Positions 56,782-64,000 of a stretch of 64,000 nucleotides of DNA are shown piece by piece; the first letter of the stretch is position 1; every line of letters begins with the position of its first letter. Both the position numbers and the translations under genes were made by a program. A model generated the notes under the pieces. The model searched no databases. It was not told where the DNA came from and was given only the letters and a program-made list of their open reading frames with translations. The DNA comes from Candidatus Geohabitans tengchongensis (GTDB lineage Bacteria; Sysuimicrobiota; Sysuimicrobiia; Sysuimicrobiales; Humicultoraceae): contig JAVKIH010000008.1 in the NCBI GenBank assembly GCA_031459625.1, forward strand, positions 26,030-90,029, given 5' to 3'.

Positions 56782-57822
56782 GTGGCACAGGTGCGGGTCA
56801 GCGTGGCAGGGGCGTCGGGGTACGGCGGCGGGGAGGTCGTCCGCCTGCTGGTGGGCCATCCGGAGGTGCGGCTCGTCCACCTCACCGCGGAGACTCGCGC
56901 CGGCGAGCCCTACGGCGAGGTCTTCCCCAACATCCGCGGCCTGGTCCCGCACCACACCGAGACCCTCGACCCCGTCCGCCTGGCCGACGCGGACGTCGTC
57001 GTCCTGGCCCTGCCCAACGGCGCGGCCATGACGCTCGTGCCGCAGCTGCCGCCCACCGTGAAGGTCGTGGACCTGGGCGCGGACTTTCGCTTCGCGGACG
57101 CCCGCACCTACGAGCAGTGGTACGGGCGGCCGCACACGGCGGAGGCGCTGCTGGCCGAGGCCGCCTACGGTCTGCCGGAACTGCACCGGGCCCGCATCCG
57201 CCGCGCCCGCATCGTCGGCACCCCGGGGTGCTATCCCACGGCGGCTCTGCTGGCCGCCGCGCCGTTCCTCCAGCAGGGCCTGGTGCGGGCCGAGGGGATC
57301 GTCGTCGACGCCAAGTCCGGCGTCTCGGGGGCGGGGCGGTCGGCGGGACCGCGCACGCACTTCTCCGAGGTGAACGAGAACGTGCAGCCCTACAGCACGC
57401 CCGGCCACCGCCATACGGGTGAACTGGAGGAGCAGGTGCGCGCGCTGGCGGGGGCGGCGGCGGCGGTGACCTTCACCCCGCACCTCGTCCCCATGACCCG
57501 CGGCATCCTGGCCACGGTCTACCTGCAGCCCACCCGCGCGCTGACGCAGGCGGAAGCGGACGAGGTCCTGCACGAGGCCTACCGCGGCGAGCCCTTCGTG
57601 CGCGTGCTGCCGGCGCCGGCGCTCCCCCAGACCAAGGCCACGCTGGGGAGCAACTTCTGCGACGTGGCCGTGCGCGTGGACGGGCGCACCGGGTGGGTGG
57701 TGGCCTTTGCCGCCATCGACAACCTGGTGAAGGGCGCCGCCGGGCAGGCGGTGCAGAACCTGAACCTGCTCTGCGGCTTCCCCGAGGCGCTGGGCCTGCG
57801 CGCTCCGGGGCTCTTCCCGTGA
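56782..57822 (+). CDS. argC: N-acetyl-gamma-glutamyl-phosphate reductase
   Basis: GASGYGG, DLGADFR, YGLPE, PGCYPT, SGVSGAGR, DNLVKGAAGQAVQN. Confidence 0.96.
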   Translation: MAQVRVSVAGASGYGGGEVVRLLVGHPEVRLVHLTAETRAGEPYGEVFPNIRGLVPHHTETLDPVRLADADVVVLALPNGAAMTLVPQLPPTVKVVDLGADFRFADARTYEQWYGRPHTAEALLAEAAYGLPELHRARIRRARIVGTPGCYPTAALLAAAPFLQQGLVRAEGIVVDAKSGVSGAGRSAGPRTHFSEVNENVQPYSTPGHRHTGELEEQVRALAGAAAAVTFTPHLVPMTRGILATVYLQPTRALTQAEADEVLHEAYRGEPFVRVLPAPALPQTKATLGSNFCDVAVRVDGRTGWVVAFAAIDNLVKGAAGQAVQNLNLLCGFPEALGLRAPGLFP

Positions 57823-57848
57823 GCGCCGTGGGCGCCTCGCCCGGAGGG

Positions 57849-59069
57849 ATGTCCGGGCCCGGGCCGCTGCCGCCGGTGGGCGAGGGGACGGTCACCACGC
57901 CGGCCGGGGTGCGCGCGGCGGGCATCCACTGCGGCATCAAGGCCGACCGGCCCGACCTGGCCCTCATCGTCACCGACGGCCCGGCGGCGGCCGCCGCGCT
58001 CTTCACCACCAACCGCGTGCAGGCCGCCCCCGTGCAGGTGTGCCGGGCTCAGGTGGCGCGCGGGCAGGCCCAGGCGGTGGTGATCAACAGCGGCAATGCC
58101 AACGCCTGCACGGGGGCGCAGGGGCTGCGCGACGCCTGGGAGATGGTGGACCTCACCGCGGCCGCGCTGGGGATTGCGCGGGACCTGGTGCTCGTGGCCA
58201 GCACCGGGGTCATCGGCGTGCCGCTGCCGATGGCGCGGCTGCGCGAGGGCATCCCCGCGGCAGCCGGGGCGCTGGGACCCCACGGCGACCGCGCGGCGGA
58301 GGCCATCCGCACCACCGACGCCTTCCCCAAGACCGGCGCCGTGCGGGTGGAGCTCGGCGGGCGCCCCGTGGCCGTCGGCGGCATCGCCAAGGGCGCCGGG
58401 ATGATCCACCCGCGCCTGGCCACCACCCTGGCCGTGCTCACCACCGACGCCGCGGTGGTCCCAGCGGTGCTGCGCCAGGCGCTGCGCGAGGCGGTGGACG
58501 CCTCCTTCAACCGCATCAGCGTGGACGGCGACACCAGCACCAACGACACTGTGATCGCCCTGGCCACCGGCGCCGCTGGCCACCCGCCGGTCCGCACCGT
58601 CGAAGAGCCGGGCTTCGCCGTCCTGCGCGACGCCCTCACCGCGCTGGCGCGCCACCTGGCGCTGCTGGTGGTGCGCGACGGCGAGGGGGCGACGAAGGTG
58701 GTCGAGGTGGCGGTGACGGGAGCGCGCTCGGCGGCGGAGGCGCAGCGCGCCGCCGAGGCGGTGATGACCTCGCCCCTCGTGAAGACCGCCTTCTACGGGA
58801 CGGAACCCAACTGGGGGCGCGTCCTGGCGGCGCTGGGCCGGTCGGGCGCGGAGGTCGACCCCGACCGCGTCACCGTGACCATCGGCGGGGTGGAGGTGGT
58901 GCGCGGCGGCGTGGGCGTGGCCGACCGCCTGGCGGCGGCCGCCGCCGCCATGCGCGCGCCCACCTTCACCGTGGCCATCGACCTGGGCCTGGGCGAGGGC
59001 GCCTGGCACGGGTGGACGTGCGATCTCACCGAGGGGTACGTGCGCCTGAACAGCGGGTACCTGACGTGA
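57849..59069 (+). CDS. argJ: Bifunctional ornithine acetyltransferase / N-acetylglutamate synthase
   Basis: NSGNANACTG, STGVIG, KGAGMIHP.LAT, DGDTSTND, DGEGATK, PNWGR; alternative start 57819. Confidence 0.96.
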   Translation: MSGPGPLPPVGEGTVTTPAGVRAAGIHCGIKADRPDLALIVTDGPAAAAALFTTNRVQAAPVQVCRAQVARGQAQAVVINSGNANACTGAQGLRDAWEMVDLTAAALGIARDLVLVASTGVIGVPLPMARLREGIPAAAGALGPHGDRAAEAIRTTDAFPKTGAVRVELGGRPVAVGGIAKGAGMIHPRLATTLAVLTTDAAVVPAVLRQALREAVDASFNRISVDGDTSTNDTVIALATGAAGHPPVRTVEEPGFAVLRDALTALARHLALLVVRDGEGATKVVEVAVTGARSAAEAQRAAEAVMTSPLVKTAFYGTEPNWGRVLAALGRSGAEVDPDRVTVTIGGVEVVRGGVGVADRLAAAAAAMRAPTFTVAIDLGLGEGAWHGWTCDLTEGYVRLNSGYLT

Positions 59070-59967
59070 GCCCGGCGCGCGCGCGCGAGACCGTGGCCGC
59101 CGAAGGGGCGCTCATCGCCCGCGGGCTGCGCTACGTCCAGGCGTGGCGCGGCCGGACGGTGGTGGTGAAGTACGGCGGGAGCGTGTTCGCCCGGGCCGGC
59201 GAAGAGGGCGGCGGCAGCGACACCGTCGTCGAGGACCTGGTCCTCCTCCAGGGGGCCGGCATCCACCCGGTGCTCGTCCACGGCGGCGGACCCGAGATCA
59301 CCCGCTGGCTGGAGCGCCTGGGGATAGAGAGCCGCTTCGTCCAGGGGCTGCGGGTGACGGACGAGGCCACGATGGAGGTCGTGGAGATGGTGCTGGCCGG
59401 CCGGGCCAACAAGGCGCTGGTGGGGCGGCTCACCGCCGCCGGCGGCAGCGCCGTGGGCCTGAGCGGCCGCGACGCCCGCCTCTTCGAGGCCGCGCCCCTG
59501 CGCGGTACGGTGGACCTGGGGCGCGTGGGGCAGATCACCGCCGTGCACCCCGCGGTGGTGCAGACGCTGGCGCGCGAGGGACACATCCCGGTGATCGCCT
59601 CCGTGGGGACGGACGCGCGCGGAGAGGCCCTCAACCTCAACGCCGACCACGCCGCTGCCGCGCTGGCCCAGGCGCTGGGGGCGAGCAAGCTCATCCTCCT
59701 CACCGACGTGGAGGGGATCTACCAGGAGCGGGACGGCGAGCGCACGCTGCTCTCCGTGCTCACCGTGGAGGAGGCCCGCATGCTGGTGGAGGACGGCACG
59801 GTCTCGCGCGGCATGATCCCCAAGGTGGAGGCGGCCCTGGCCGCCCTGGCCGGGGGCGTACCGTCGGCGCACATCATCAGCGGCGAGGTGCCGCACGCGC
59901 TGCTCGTCGAGCTCTTCACCGAGGAGGGGGTGGGGACCATGATCGTCCGTCAGCGGGAGGAGCGGGT

Positions 59968-59971
<4 letters not shown>
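59066..59971 (+). CDS. argB: Acetylglutamate kinase
   Basis: VVKYGG, VHGGGPEI, GLRVTD, NLNAD, GMIPKV, ELFTEEGVGT. Confidence 0.96.
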
Positions 59972-62558
<2,587 letters not shown>

Positions 62559-62567
62559 CACCGCACC

Positions 62568-63023
62568 ATGCGGGCGCGCGACCGGAAGATCCTGGAGGTG
62601 GTCGCCGCCGAACCGATCCGTACCCAGGCCGACCTGGTCCGCGCCCTGCGGCGCGCGGGGCTGCGCGTGAGCCAGGCCACCGTCTCGCGGGACATCAAGC
62701 GCCTCGGCCTGGTGAAGGCCCCGGGCCCCAACGGTCGGGCGCGCTACCTGCCGCCGGACGCCGTCCCGCCGGTGCCGCCCGGAGCGGAGGCGCGCCTGCG
62801 GCGGGCCTTCGAGGAGTTCGTCGTGGGGATCGACGAGGGCGCCGGGTTGGTGCTGGTGAAGACGACGACCGGCAGCGCCGGGGCGGTGGCCGAGGCCATC
62901 GACGAGGTGCAGTGGCCCGAGGTGGCCGGGACAGTGGCGGGGGACAACACCATCATCGTGGTGCCCCGGCGCCCCGCCCACCGGGCCATCGTCCGCCGAC
63001 GGCTGAGCGCCCTGCTGGAGTGA
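62568..63023 (+). CDS. argR: Arginine repressor
   Basis: TQADLV, SQATVSRDIKRL, GTVAGDNTI. Confidence 0.95.
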   Translation: MRARDRKILEVVAAEPIRTQADLVRALRRAGLRVSQATVSRDIKRLGLVKAPGPNGRARYLPPDAVPPVPPGAEARLRRAFEEFVVGIDEGAGLVLVKTTTGSAGAVAEAIDEVQWPEVAGTVAGDNTIIVVPRRPAHRAIVRRRLSALLE

Positions 63024-63044
63024 GCGAGTCGACCACCCCGCCAG

Positions 63045-63353
63045 CTAGTCGACCACCACGCGGACCTCGTCGCCCTGCACCTGGACGGGGTAGGCGCGCA
63101 CCCCGGTGAGGGCGGGAGGCATCAGCACGGCGCCGGTGCGGATGTCGAACTGGCTGCCGTGGCAGGGGCAGGTGACGGTGAACCCCTCCAGCGCCCCGTC
63201 GCCGAGCGGGCAGCCGCGGTGGGGACAGGTGTTGTCGATGGCGTACCACCCCTCCGCGGTCCGGAAGAGCGCTACGGCCTGACCCGCGGCCTCCACCACC
63301 CGGCCCTCACCGGGCTGCAGGTCGGACGTGCGGGCAACGGGGACGGACGCCAT
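63045..63353 (-). CDS. Rieske [2Fe-2S] ferredoxin
   Basis: CPH...CPCHGSQFDIRTG, PA...V..YPV. Confidence 0.92.
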   Translation of the reverse strand: MASVPVARTSDLQPGEGRVVEAAGQAVALFRTAEGWYAIDNTCPHRGCPLGDGALEGFTVTCPCHGSQFDIRTGAVLMPPALTGVRAYPVQVQGDEVRVVVD

Positions 63354-63486
63354 CGCTCCTGAGCGGTCGACGTCGCCACTCTTCGTCACACCCGGACGCC
63401 TTCCCTGTCGGACGCCGCGCCGTCATGGCCCGGGGGCTTCCCGTGCGCGTCGGCGTCGCCCGGAGCCGGGGGCACCTGCGCCGTGT

Positions 63487-63650
63487 TGCCTCAAAAGTAG
63501 GTGTTACCGAGCGCAAGGGTACTGCCTCAAAATTGCGGTTACCGTGGTGATGGCTCTGCTAGCCCATGTTTGACAGAAACCGACCTCGAGGTACCTTTGC
63601 CTGAGACCTCGCATCCTTTGAAACCCGCATCAGCACTGACTTTTCCTTCG
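63487..63650 (+). promoter_or_regulatory. AT-richer non-coding segment with repeated motif and promoter-like elements
   Basis: TGCCTCAAAA-N5/6-GTTACCG twice, 36 bp apart (63487, 63523); TTGACA (63570) -16 bp- TACCTT. Confidence 0.4.
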
Positions 63651-63652
63651 TC

Positions 63653-64000
63653 CCCTGATCTCAGGCGGCGAGTTTTGTTGTGAAACGAAAATTTGGATGA
63701 TATGGCTCCTCATGCAGGAATGTTCGGGATGGATGTCGTATCTCCTGTTGTGGAATGTTTCTGCGAAAGGTCGTCCGCCGGTCTCCCCGAGGCACTGTGG
63801 AGTACCTCTACCTGGTGGAGGGGTATCGGGAAGGAGGCCGGGTCCGTCAGCGCGTGATCGCCAACCTGGGTCGGGCCGACCTGCTGGCCCCGCACGCCGT
63901 GCAGTTGCTGGCCTTGCTGCGTCCGTACCTGACCGAGCCGGTGGGCTCGTTGCGGGAGGCCGCGGCCCCTGAAGCGCTCACCTACGGCCCGCCCGTGGTG
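63653..64000 (+). mobile_element. Left part of an IS1634-like element; transposase starts at 63755 (partial)
   Basis: MFLRKVVRRSPRGTVEYLYLVEGYREGGRVRQRVIANLGRAD...YG matches the IS1634-type N-terminal pattern; left boundary is approximate. Confidence 0.8.

Noticed and set aside
63185..63195. ctccagcgccc matching the tRNA-Val 3' end (also near 18243) as a possible att site
   Set aside because: Short GC-rich matches inside intact genes are expected by chance.

Overview
A very GC-rich bacterial chromosome segment. A T-box leader, CIRCE/HrcA, an ECF S component, a sortase and comEC-holA-rpsT, together with a TolC efflux operon, suggest a Terrabacteria lineage (possibly Armatimonadota/CSP1-3-like; inference only). 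Housekeeping blocks: rlmD-lytic transglycosylase; thrS with a Thr T-box; comEC-DUF3006-holA, rpsT, murJ; hrcA-dnaJ-prmA-rsmE with CIRCE; argCJBDGR with ARG boxes. Accessory blocks: (1) an IclR-regulated ABC importer/deacylase operon carrying a deletion-fusion scar; (2) paired amino-acid and peptide ABC importers without ATPases; (3) a decayed island-like region after tRNA-Val(GAC) with an integrase remnant, an anti-sigma pair, a TetR-TolC-HlyD-ABC efflux operon and several pseudogenes; (4) an IS1634-like transposase at the right edge. The best candidate for an undescribed system is 51044-56637. It is a divergent locus that joins lasso-peptide-type accessory enzymes (PqqD/RRE, HprK-like kinase, nucleotidyltransferase, ABC-2 exporter) to a sortase and a proline-rich LPFGG-tailed substrate, with no lasso cyclase or peptidase. 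Short tandem duplications centred on stop codons recur through the window. All calls come from manual motif reading; no database searches were run.
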